Source: Patellaria atrata CBS 101060
Taxonomy: Eukaryota
Reading direction: 5' to 3'
DNA length: 64,000 nt
Assembly: GCA_010093705.1 (NCBI GenBank)
Contig: MU006124.1
Coordinates: 1-64,000 of the forward strand
Shown piece by piece: positions 1 through 12,500 of this stretch (within the stretch, counting starts at the first letter, position 1; each line of letters starts with the position of its first letter). The translations under genes were made by a program, and so were the position numbers. The notes beneath the pieces were generated by a model that worked only from the letters and a program-made list of their open reading frames with translations, was not told the DNA's origin and did no database searches.

Positions 1-138
1 AGTGTAAAGAGATTAAGTTAAGGAAAGAAGAAGTTATAGTCGCGCGATCTACTAGTATCAAGCACGTAGCGGTAGAACCTCGGCGCGACTACTACTAATA
101 AGGGAAAGTAGGAAATGATAATCTATGATATCGTCATA
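1..138. mobile_element. End of an LTR-like element (third family) inserted into the family-B element; truncated by the window edge
   Basis: Higher-GC segment ending ...CGTCATA (RIP form of ...TCACA). Sequence from 139 onward is the reverse complement of family-B internal sequence (cf. 57801-57821). Confidence 0.5.
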
Positions 139-2514
139 AATATAATTTAGATAAAATCTATTATAAGTAATAACTTTAATTAATTACTCTAATAATAGTT
201 TATAAAAAATTAAAGTTATAAATTTATATATTAATTAATAATCTTTATATCTTTATTTATTTATAAGTAATAAATTATAAATAGTTTCTATTTCACTTTT
301 ATTAATTTATAAAGTTTATCTATAAATATAAAAATAAATTATAGACTATAATTTAATATTATTATCTTTAATATACTATATATCTATTATATATATTTAT
401 AGTATAGCTTTATAGCTATTTTAATCGAGATATCTTTAATATAAAAAAGTAAAATCGCTTTCTTTTCTAGTTAATCTATTACTATAAATATTATTTCGAA
501 TTCGTGCGTATTCTTAGAGAATAATTTAAAGTTAAAGATAATATATTACTAATATTTATCTCTAATTAATAGTAATTTTAATAAATTAGGGATTTTATCT
601 CTTAATATATATATTTAATAATAGATATAATAGTTCTAAATATATTTATTTATATTAATTATTAATCTAAATTAATAATATTATATTTAAATTAGTTCTT
701 TTATCTTTTTAATTTCTAGATATTCTATAATTAATATATTATATATATTTTATATTAAATATATTCTAAAATTATTTATATCTAAAATTATAAATCTATT
801 AAATTTAATAAATAAATTATTCTATAATTTTTAATATCTTTTTTTAACTTTAACTTATTTTTAATATATTAATAGAGAGTTATACTTCTAGTTTATTTCT
901 AATATTTAATTTATTAATAAATATATTACTAATAACTCTTATTTTTAATTAAGTTTATTTTAAATATATTATTTTAAATTTATAAATATATCTTTTCTTT
1001 CTTCTATTTTATATTTAACTTTCTTTTCTTTTTTAATTATAGTGAGAATTATAGAGTAAATAAATATAGACTTTAACCTAAAATTAAGATTAATATATTT
1101 CTTTAATATATTATTTCTTTCTTTTAAAGTTTTAATTATTATAAACTCTTAATTTTAAGTTTTAGCTCTTTTTATCTTCTATAAAAGCTTAATTATTACT
1201 ATTTTAATTATTATTATCTAGATCTTAAATCTTAACTTTAAAGTGTACTTTTTTATTATTCTCTTTTTAAAGGTTATATATTTCTTATTACTTTAAGATA
1301 TCTTTTTAAGTAGTAATTATTATTTTATTAAAAGTTAAAAAAATATTATTATTATATTTAAGTTAATTAATATTTAAGTTTATATTATAATATTTTTATC
1401 TTTTATTATCTTTAAATCTTTTTATTTATAGGAGAATATATTTATTATAATATTTTAAACTTTAAATTAATATATAATTTAAAAGTGGAAATTAGAGAAA
1501 ACTTTACTTTATTAAATTTATTTAATATTAAATAATTATTTCGTAATAAAGTATTTTAATACTCTATAATTAATAATTATAATAAAGAGAATTTATTATA
1601 ACTTTATTAATATACTTCTTCACTTAATTAATACTTTTATTATAGTTAATATTTTCTTATTATAGATTTTATATCTTAATTTTATCTCTAATAACGTCTT
1701 AATTTAAAAGATAATTAACCTTTAAATATATCTATAAAGTTATAATATAATTATTATAATAACTCTATTACTATAGTTAAACTCGATTTTCGTCTTAAAT
1801 AGAGGATTATAATATATTAATATTTAATTTAATAAAATTAGCTTTTTTATTTTCTTAAATATCTTTTTTTCTTTTTATTTAAGTAATTTCTAAACCTCTT
1901 TTTATATCTATATTATTAATAATCGTATAACTATTACGGTTATAAGTTATAGGAATATATAGATAATAAGTGAGAGGAAGAAAGAAACACCACTTAAAAG
2001 AACTACGAATAAAATAAGTAATAACGAGTTACGTGATTTAGATATTTAGATATTTAGACGTTTTAGTCGTAAAGAACGACTAAACGACCGGACGATTAAA
2101 ACGACTAGAGTATAGGCAATTAAATTAATTATAAAGGATAAAAATATTTAAAAACGGTCTTTTCTTTATATATTTAGATTCTTCTTAATTATTCTTACTA
2201 TTAATCTTATTTATAGATTTAGATATTACGGTTTTAAACTTAACTTCACTTATTATACTATTTCTATATAGTACGTCTTATCTTATTATAAGTAGTACCT
2301 GAAGTTAAGGAGTTAATAAGTTATACCGATAACTTAAAATATCTTTATTATACGTATCCTATCACTTTATTAAACCTATCTTTATAGTTAACCACGTTAA
2401 GTGAGAAGCTAGGCGCGTTTCTAGACTTATCTAGTTCCGTCTTAATAAGTATAGACTCCCGTTATAATATTATAACTACTATATAGTAGAAAGCGTATAA
2501 TAGACCTAGACACG

Positions 2515-4560
2515 ATATTATTAGCCGTAACTAATATAAAGACGGATAAAGAATATATCTAAGCGTTATATAAATATATTAGTGAACTCGAAAATAAAGA
2601 GATAGTCTAAGAACTTAAGGATTAGCTCGAATAACTTACTATATAGTTACTCTTACTATAGAAGTGAACCGCGAAAGTTAAAGAACCTACACTATACGAT
2701 AGAAAGCGAGACGAGTTAAAAGGATTCTTAATTTAGGTGAGAATCTATTATAAGAGAATAAGGTTAACGGACGATAGTGAATATATACTCGATATATTAA
2801 TATACTTTAAAGGAGACGTCTTAGAATAGTTTAAATCTATCGCACGAGACTATCTTAGGAATAGTGAAGAACACTAAGAAGACGAAATAGTGAAAATCTT
2901 TAAATTATTTCTAAAGTTTAAAGAAACGCTAAAGAATATCTTTAGGGAAGTCGATGAATAATAGATAGTTAAAAGAAAGCTTTAGGGACTTAAATAGAAA
3001 GAGTTAACTTCGAAATATATAACTATATTTTAATAGGTAGTATTAATATTAGGTTAGCCTAATAAACCACTAATAATCGCTTTCTATTAAGGTTTAAAGG
3101 AAGAAGTGAAGGATAAGTAGGTTTATTATAAGAGATTAACAACTATATAGAATATAGTGACCTTAGTAATTAGAATAGATAATAGGTTATATAAGCGTAG
3201 ATAGGAAAAGGGAGGACGGAAGAATATTATAGTTAGGTATAAAAAGAAGGTAATAAGGGCTATAAATAGATAAGATTAAAGGGACCCGATAAACCTCGAC
3301 CGACTATAATAGATAAAATAAAAGAAGTCGAAGAAATAATAATAATTCACCTAAAAAGAAAAAGAACGCTTTATAAATAGAGTATATCTATAATATAGAG
3401 AAGTGAGATACTTTAAGAGAGATTATCTATAAAAAACGTAACCACTCTTATAATATAACCGACGTATATAACTTAAAGTTATACACCTAATATCACTATC
3501 ACTAGTCTTATCGCTCGAAGAAGAAAAGATTAAAGAAATACCACTACCCTACTAGATAAGGGTGAGTAGGCTATTAACGCCGTTCTTAATAGTAGGAAAC
3601 TAGCTAGAAGAGGGAATACTCCGATAATATTTAGAATACTAATAATATTAGGCGTATAGAAATATATATATATATATAGTATTAGAGTGCCTAGTATAGA
3701 ATTAAGGTTAAAGGATTAGAGTATAAATATCTAATAGACTAAGCCTTACGTACCGGATTATAGAATAATAATAACGGCTTAAATAAGAATTTCGAGATTA
3801 GGAGCTAGTTAAACCCGAATTCAACGATAACGTGATTGTCGAAGAATAATAATTAAACCTTATATTAAGAGTAGAAGACTATCTAGCCTTTCGATAGATA
3901 TAATATAAAGAGGACGACTACTTATATTATAAATAGTAGAAGGCTATAGCGAAGTTTAGGAATCGAGACCTTATATATATATATTTACCTAAAAGCGAAT
4001 ACTAGGTAAAAGGATATAAAATCCATGAAGATAGAACGGGAAAACTTAAAAAGAACTAAGAATTCGAACCACTAATAGGCGATTATAGGAAGTACGATAG
4101 TTTCGACTATATAGATAAGCTTAGATATAGGCGATATTATTAGACACTAATCTATACGGGATATATAGTAGTAACGTGGGAAGACTACGAATATAGTATA
4201 GATTATTAGTACTATAAAGGTCTAGAAGAAGAGTTCTATAAAGGAAAGATATTTCTATAGGAGATAGAAGTACTCTAAAATAATAAAGAGATACTTAAGT
4301 ATATTACTAAATATAACGTATAAGACTTCGGATAGTGCGTAATAAAAAGTATATAATATAACTATTATATAGTATAGAGATAGAGAGTAGGAATTAAGAG
4401 TAATTCTAGCTACGACGTAATTACTAAGAGAGAGTGTCGAGAACTCGAATATAAAGAATATTGTAAAGGCCCGTATTATAATAGATATAATAGACTACAC
4501 TAGGTTAAGTGTATAGAACCCGGCTACCTAGCGTATAGCTACGTAAAAAACTACTAAGCC
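2515..4560 (+). pseudogene. gag: gag of element A1 (RIP-inactivated), long C-terminal extension
   Basis: Frame shared by the CX2CX4HX4C knuckle and the downstream His/Cys repeats. Stops seen are TAA/TAG at expected CAA/CAG/TGG codons. Ends just after A AAA AAC. Start approximate. Confidence 0.8.
4545..4551 (+). promoter_or_regulatory. -1 ribosomal frameshift heptamer A AAA AAC at the gag/pol junction (also 46775-46781 in A2)
   Basis: Heptamer is in the gag frame (codon starts mod 3 = 1). Protease codons (GCG at 4671) are in the -1 frame. Confidence 0.75.
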
Positions 4561-7500
4561 ACTTAAGGTAGGGATAATCGAGAAGTAAGGCTCCTAAGTT
4601 CCTTAGAATCCTATAAAGTAACGATAGAACGCTTTAAGTAGAGATTATTATACACGGTAAGAGAATGATAGCGCTAGTTAATAACGGCGCCACCGATTCG
4701 TTTATCTTACCCCGATAAGTAGAAAAGAAGAGTATATCTTATATAAAACTTAAGAATCTAGTCCCGCTACGACTAGGAAATAGCGAAGGAATAGGATATA
4801 GATAAGGTCTAATTAACTTTAGGACTATACTAGTAGAAGTTAATATATAAGGGAAGGTAACTACTTAACGTATCCTTATAACCGATCTAGGAGATATAGA
4901 TATAATTCTAGAGATAGACTAGTTATAAATAGTGAACTCGGATATTAACTAGAAGATAAGAAGTATCTAAATTAATCGAGACGCCTTAAGAAAGGATAGA
5001 GTTAAGCGAATAAAATATACTAAGAAGACGGACGCTAGTATATCCGTAGAGCGTATTTCGTATTATAAGATAATAAAGATCTATAGAAATAAATCTAAGA
5101 GCGTAGGAGTAGTATAGCTTAGGAAAATAAACGTTAAGAAGATTTCTAAAGAATCTAAGATACCTAAAGAGTATAGCGAGTTTAAAGATTTATTTAAGGA
5201 AGATATAACGACTATACTTCCGGATCACTAGACGTGGGATTATAAAATAATGCTAAAGGAGGGTATAAAACTATAACCTAGTCCTATTTACCTATTATCA
5301 CGAGAATAATATATAGCACTCGAAGAATATATCCGCACTAACTTAAAAAAGGGATATATACGATCTAGCGAAAGCTCGATAGCTTCACCGATTCTATTCG
5401 TACTAAAAAAGAATAGTAAGCTAAGATTATATATCGACTATAGATAGCTAAACGATACCACGGTTAAGAATAGATATCTATTACCCTTAATCTTAGAAAT
5501 CTAAGATAGATTATAAGGAGTAAAATAGTTCACGAAATTCGATATTCGAGAAGGTTACTATCGAATTAGAATGAAAGAAGATAAAGAATAGAAGATAGCT
5601 ATAAGAACGAGGTTTAGACTATATAAATATATAGTAATACTATTCGACTTAACTAACGCCCTAGCGACGTTTTAAGTAATAATTAATTATATACTAAGAG
5701 AATATTTAGACGTATTTATAACTACTTACCTAGATAATATATTAATATACACGAACGGAACACTCGAAGAGTATAGGAAGTATATAAAGAAAGTATTAAC
5801 GAAGTTACGAGAGAAGAGACTCCTAGTACACCTAGATAAATACGAATTCTATATTAGAGAAACGGAATTCCTAGGCTTTATTATTACCACTAAAGGTATA
5901 TAAGTAGACCCGAAGAAGATAGCCGTAGTTAAAGACTAGTCGACGCTAAAAAACGTAAAGAACGTATAATCGTTCTTAGGCTTCGTGAACTACTATAGAA
6001 AGTTTATTTAAGGGTACTTAAAGATAATCACACTACTATCGGAATTAATAAAGAAGGAAAATACCTTCGTTTAGATAGAAAAGGCGTAGAAAATATTTAA
6101 TAAACTTAAGAAAAGATTTACTATAGTATCTATCCTAGTTATATTTAACCTAGAGAAATTAATAGTGCTCGAAACTAACGTATCTAACTATATACTAGGT
6201 GTATATATAAGTTAACTAGATAAGAAAGGACGACTATATCTAATAACCTTTCATTCACGGAAGTTTATAGCTATAGAGTTAAACTACGACGTACACGATA
6301 AAGAATTATTAGCAATTGTCGACGTATTTAAATAGTGGAGGTTATACCTTAAAGAACCTAAGTACACTATAAAAGTTTAGTTAGATTATCAAAACTTAAT
6401 AAACTTCCTCACGATAAAGAAGTTAAATCGAAGATAAGTAAGATAGATAGAAACACTCGTATCTTTTAACTTTAAAATATTCTATAGGCTAGAAGTCGAA
6501 AATAAACTAGCCGACGTTATAAGTAAAAGATCTAACTACTTAAAAAGAACGAAACCGGTATATAACGCGATACTAAAGAGAGAAAATAACGCGATTATCT
6601 ATAACTAGCTAAGATTAGCTATAATACTAATAATCGAATCTACGAGAGAATAACAAATTCGTGATACCTATTAGAAGGATAGTATAATAGAAGAGTTCCG
6701 AAAGGGTAATAACCCTAGAGTAATAAAAATAGCTTAAGGAATATAGCTATATAATAGACTCGTATATATACTAACGATACTACGAAAGACTCTTACTAAA
6801 GAGATCTATAAGGCACTAGTATATAGTCACTAAGGTATTAATAAAACCTTAGAAAGGATCTTAAGGAATTACTATTTCCTAGGAGTAAGAAGTATAGTAA
6901 AGTAAGTTATCTTAAAGTATAATAATTATATACGAAATAAGAGTGTAAAGCACGCATTTTACGGATAAATACAATATATCGAGTCACCGAAGCGAGTATA
7001 GAACTTAATAATAATGGACTTTATTATAGGTCTACTAGGATCTAAAGATCTAACGATAAAAGTAAAGTATAACACGATACTAGTTATCGTGGAATAACTA
7101 ATAAAGTTCACCTACTTTATACTAGTAAAGACGACGATAATAGCACTATAAGTAGTAGTATTAGTGATAAAAATAATACTAGCGAATCACTAGATACTAA
7201 GAGAGATTATCTTAGATAGAGATAAACTATTTAAATTAGCGTTTTAGTAGACTCTAGTACAAAGTTTAGGGGTAAATTATAAGCTATTAACTAGCTTTTA
7301 TCTATAGATAGATAGCTAAACTAAGAGAATAAATTAATCTCTAAAATAGTACTTACGTAACTATATAAATTACTAGTAGAATAACTAGGTAGAACTACTA
7401 CTAATAGCGTAATTCGTATATAATAACGCGAAATCCGATACTATAAAGGTTTTACCCTTCTATACGAATTACGGTTTCGAACTAGAAGTATATCGTGAGC

Positions 7501-8190
7501 CTAGAATAGTTTAAAGTATTTTATAAGAAGTAACGTTAAAAGTCGGGTAAATTAAAGAATTATATATATAGCTATTACGAGATATAACTTTCTAGACGAT
7601 AAGGGCTATAAAGTATAGCAATTAATATAGGTCGCTAGAACCGATCTTTAAAAGGGGGGATAAAGTTTACTTATTATAGAAAAACCTTAAAATAAAACGA
7701 CCTAATAAGAAACTAGACTATAAAAAAATCGGCCCTTTTAGAATTAAATAAGTTAAAGGAAAAGTTAATTACGAGTTAAAGCTATTATAGAGGATAAAGA
7801 TATATCTAGTTTTCCACGTATCACTTCTAGAACTAGTATATACTAACGCTAAACTCTAAACACGATCTATAGAACTTAAGGAAGAAGATATCTACGAAGT
7901 AGAACGAATCTTAGACCTATAACGAGTAGATAGTTAGTATAAATACTTAGTAAAGTGAAAAGGCTATAAATATATAGATAACACGTGGGAACCACTTAAG
8001 TATTTAACGAACTACGATTAGAAACTTAAATAGTTTTATCGCTAAAACTAGAGAATTCTAGACCCTCGAGGGCGGAGAAATCTAAACTAGACTAACTAGA
8101 AGAAGATACGATAGCGGAGGAAGAAGAAACGATCGAGGAAGCTCGCTACCCTTTAACTACTCGCTCTAAAGTCTTAAGTTCCTTAATAGA
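4551..8190 (+). pseudogene. pol: pol of element A1 (PR-RT-RH-IN-chromodomain), RIP-inactivated
   Basis: Recognisable FTKFDIREGYYRIRMKE, (P)F(G)LTNA(P)ATF, ELNYDVHDKELLAIV and chromodomain motifs. End approximate. Confidence 0.85.
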
Positions 8191-8598
8191 ACTAAGTTTA
8201 TAGCGAGATATCTTAAATTCCTTCTCTTTAAGGGAACGAAGTTATTTATAAAGACGACGGGCGTGAACGCGAGCGGCTCTCACCTAAGCACTCGCCTAAG
8301 TACGGACTTACTCCTTATAATTAAGAGTAAGTTCTTTATCGTTCTTAATAGTAGCTAACTTAGAACGAGTTCGGGCTTTTAAAGTATCGAGCTTATCTTA
8401 ATCCTTTTATATCACTATAAGATCGCATTTTAAACCACGAGCGAGACACTTAGAATAGAAACTAGAAGGGATATCGATAATATAAGAATAAGAAGAATAA
8501 CGATAAGCGGAATAAAGAGTTAGTATAGGACGACCGTATAGAGTAATACGGGTAGCGTAACGTTAGCGATAGACTAGACGGGGTTTAGCTTTTAGTAT
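7996..8598 (-). pseudogene. Antisense ORF3 of element A1: Zn(II)2Cys6-like domain + coiled coil (~200 aa, RIP-inactivated)
   Basis: No frameshifts. Stops are TAA/TAG at Gln/Trp-compatible positions. Six positions with spacing C-x2-C-x6-C-x8-C-x2-C-x6-C read TAT,TAT,TAT,TAT,TGT,TGC. The 3' end is inferred. Confidence 0.72.
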
Positions 8599-9315
8599 CT
8601 CGGAAGAAAGGAAAGAGAGGTATATACGACTTAATAGATAGATAACACGTCTATTATATATCTAAGTAAAAGAAATAAACTCTTAGAATAAGAGTTAAGA
8701 AGAGGGAGGATAGTATTACGGCTATAAGTTATAGGAATATATAGATAACGAGTAAGGGGAAGAAAGGAACACCACTCGGGAGAACTATAGATAAAATGAG
8801 TAATAGCGAGTCACGTGATTTGGACGTTTAGACGTTTGGACGTTTTAATCGTAGAGAACGACTAAACGACCGAACGATTAGAACGACTAGGGAGGATTAT
8901 ATAACTTAGACGTTTAGACGTTTAGACGTTTTAGTCGTAGAGAACGACTAAATAACCGGACGACTAAAACGACTAAAGTATAGGCAACCAAATTAACTAT
9001 AGAGGATAGAAATATTTAAAGATAATCTTTCCCTTATATATTTAGATTCTTCGTAGTTATTCTTACTATTAATCTTACCTATAAATTTAAATATTATAGT
9101 TTTAAACTTAACTTCACTTATTATATTATTTCTATATAATACGTCTTATCTTATTATAAGTAGTACCCGAAGTTAAGAAGTTAGTAAATTATACTAATAA
9201 CTTAAAATATCTTTATTATATATATTCTATTATTTTACTAAATTTACCTTTATAGTTAACCACGTTAAGTGAGAAGTTAGGCGTATTTCTAAACTTATTT
9301 AATTTTATTTTAATA

Positions 9316-9537
9316 TAATAATTATCACTTATTAATCTTTTTACTTTCCTATATTTAGCGGGTTTATTTATATTTAACTTAATTATATTATTAGGAAATT
9401 CCGTTAACCGATAAGGCTATTTAAGCTTATAATTATTATTTATAACTCTCTCTTTTTCTTAACTTAATCTTTTTACTTAATAGTAGTTATATATAATTAA
9501 TATTAATAGATTAACTCTTAATACTATAAATATTATA
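9316..9537. mobile_element. ~222-bp insertion (probable RIP-degraded solo LTR) inside the A1 3' LTR
   Basis: The A LTR breaks at ...TTTAATA (9315) and resumes after a repeated TTTAATA (9538-9544). The insert is absent from the other three A LTRs. Confidence 0.6.
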
Positions 9538-12500
9538 TTTAATAAATATAAACTCCTATTATAATAATAATTTATCTAAATTTCTTTAGAAATTTTCGAT
9601 AAAAGTTATAGAATTTATTAAATAATAAAATTCTCTTTATATTTATTAGTAACTTTTAATTTTAGACTATTTTAGTCTTTTCTAAATCTATTACTATTCT
9701 ATTAATATTAATAATAAAGCTAAGAAATTTTATTTTTATTATATAAAATTTACTTTTCTTAATATTAATTTATAGACCGGCCTTAATTAATACTTTTAAT
9801 ATTTTCGCGACGTGAGTTTAATACTTTAATAGATATTTAAAGTAGATTAATATATTATTAATATATATTATATAAAAGTTATTTAAATATTAAAAGAACG
9901 CCTTATTAATAAATTATTAAAATAAGATTAAACTATTATATAATTTAAAAGATAGTATTTTATACTTAAATAATTTATATTTTATTTAAAAGATAATAAA
10001 ATTTTCGACTAATTTCTTTATTTAAATTTAATAGAATATTTATTTTATATTAAGTTTTATAAATATCTTTATTTATCGAAGGCGTATTAATATTTCTTTA
10101 ATTAGAGATAATAGATATTTATTCTTCTTAATAATATTATTTAACTTTTTATAGTTAATATAAAATCTTTAACCTCTTTTTAACTTTTTAATAAATAATA
10201 CTAAAGACGCGTATAATATCTCGCTTAAAATAATAAATCTCTTTTAAAAATACTTTTTTAGATAGTTCTTTATTAGCTATAAATATTTAATAAATATATT
10301 ATATAAAAAGTTAATAGTAAGATTATTATTTTAATCTAATATTATATTATAATTTATATTTTCTCTAAATAATAGTAATTTATTAAATATAAATTTCGAG
10401 AATATATAAATTAAATAATAATATTTCTTAAGTAACTTTTTATAAATTATCGCTTTATAAATATCTTTATTTTTATTTAGAGAATTTTTATTTTTTAAAA
10501 GTTAATTTTATATTAAAAAGTTAATTTTATATAAATTTATAATATTTATAATAATATCTTTATACTTTATATTTTTTAGATAATTTTCTCTATTAACTAA
10601 GTAGATATTTATATAGATTCTAGTAATATTAACTTATTTATTTAACTTTAACTTTAACTTTTTAGAGAGTTCCGATATCTTTCTCTCTATTAGATTTAAT
10701 AGTTTTAATTTTATTTTTTAAAAATTAAAGTTAATATTTTTAGTCTATAAACTTAATTACTTTTATTAAAATAGTTATAATTTTCTTCTTTAATTAATTA
10801 ATATTTTCTATTAATTACGTTCTTATTTATTAATAGCTTTATCTTATTATTTTATATCGAATTAATATTATAAGTTAATTTAAGTTTATAGCTCGTTCTT
10901 TAAAATTATAATATCTTATTATTAGTCTTTAATTATAATAGTTTATTCTAGTTAAATAATTCGATAATACTTATAATTAAGTAAATTATTAGTTTTAGAA
11001 AACTACTTCTTACTTATAAGTATATTATTATAATTTATATCTATTATTATAATCGATATTAATTACTTTTATTCTTTAATTATAAGACTTATTTTAAGTA
11101 TTTAATTAATTAATACTATTTTTAAATTATTAAAAGTATTAACTTTAATCTTCTAATTTATCTTTCTAACTTTAATTTTAAGATATTATTTTAAAGCGGG
11201 TAACTATCTCTTATTTAATAAAATATACTTTTAAACTTTAATATTAATTAAAGCTTTAAGTTATATTATAATTCTATTCTTTAAGATTTAATATAATATT
11301 ATAAATAGTTTTTTTAATACTAGATTATTAATTAATATTATTAATACTTCTATTATTAATTTTAATATAAAGTCTTTATTTAAAATTTCTTATTTTTCGA
11401 ATTTAATTTTAAATTAAATTTTAAGTTCTAATATTTATCTTTTTAAATTAACTTTATTTTAATTATCTTCTTTAATCTCTAATATTTTAACGTTTTATAT
11501 TTAGTCTTATTATAGTTAAAGTAGTTACTTATAAATTTCTAAATAATTATAATCTACTTTATTACTTATAATATTATAAATAAGATAATTTCTCCACTTT
11601 TTAATTAATATAAAATTCTATTTATTATTATTAAAATAAAAGTTATTTTAATTAGTTTATTATATTTTTAACTCTTTTTATAAACTTTATTAGCTTTATT
11701 TAATCTTTTTAACTTTTATATCTATATTATAACTTTATTATAGTATTTTTAAAAGTTAATTTTATTATTATTTATAACTTTCGTTATTATTAGTTTTAAA
11801 TTATTATAAAGTTTATTATAAAGTTCCTCTTTCTATTAATTATATAATAATTTAACTTTATTAGCTAGCTAGATAAATATAAACTAGAATTTTAGAAAAT
11901 TTATTAAATAACTTTATTTTAACTTCTTTAATTTATCTTTAACTTTTAATTATCTATTTAAGTTCTTATAAATTTAGTCTAGAAATCTTATTAATTTTAT
12001 TAAAATTATATTATTTTTCTCTAATTTTAAGAAAAAGTATATATATTTAATTATTTTACTATTAATTTATATTTTAATATAGATAATTTTCGTTCTTTTA
12101 TCTTAAAATTAATTATTATTAATATAAAGTTTATTATTTATCTTACTCTTTTACTTTTTATAGATTAACTTCTTACTATTAATTAATTTTAATAGATTAA
12201 AGAACTTTTTTATCTTATTATCGCCTTTACTTTTAAAGTTTTTAGTTAAGTTAGCTATTCTAATTTAATTATTCTAATTTAATTATTATAATTATATAAT
12301 ATTAATAATTCTTTATTATTAAATTTATCGTTAAATTAAATGTTTTTTTAATCTAGTTTAGATTATTTAATTTATCTCTTTAAATTATTAATCTTATTTT
12401 AAAGGCGTTTTATAATTTCTTTATTTATTTAATATATTTATAGCTTTAATTATAAGTTAAATATTATTTTATTAATAAGATTTACTATCTTTCTAAGTTA

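Larger units (their letters stand above)
1932..9566 (+). mobile_element. Full-length RIP-degraded Ty3/Gypsy chromovirus, family A copy 1
   Basis: 5' LTR 1932-2469 and 3' LTR 8714-9566. Polypurine tract 8697-8713. TSD ATAAC (1927-1931)/ATAAT (9567-9571). Gag zinc knuckle ~3385-3430, protease D(S)GA ~4680, RT YL(DD)IL ~5725, RNase H, integrase, and chromodomain YEVERILD..YLVK(W)KGY..NTWEP ~7890-7995. Confidence 0.95.

Noticed and set aside
2030..2110. Short periodic repeats (GACGTTTA, ACGACTA) resembling an array
   Set aside because: They are LTR-internal repeats present in all four family-A LTRs. There are no unique spacers, so this is not CRISPR.
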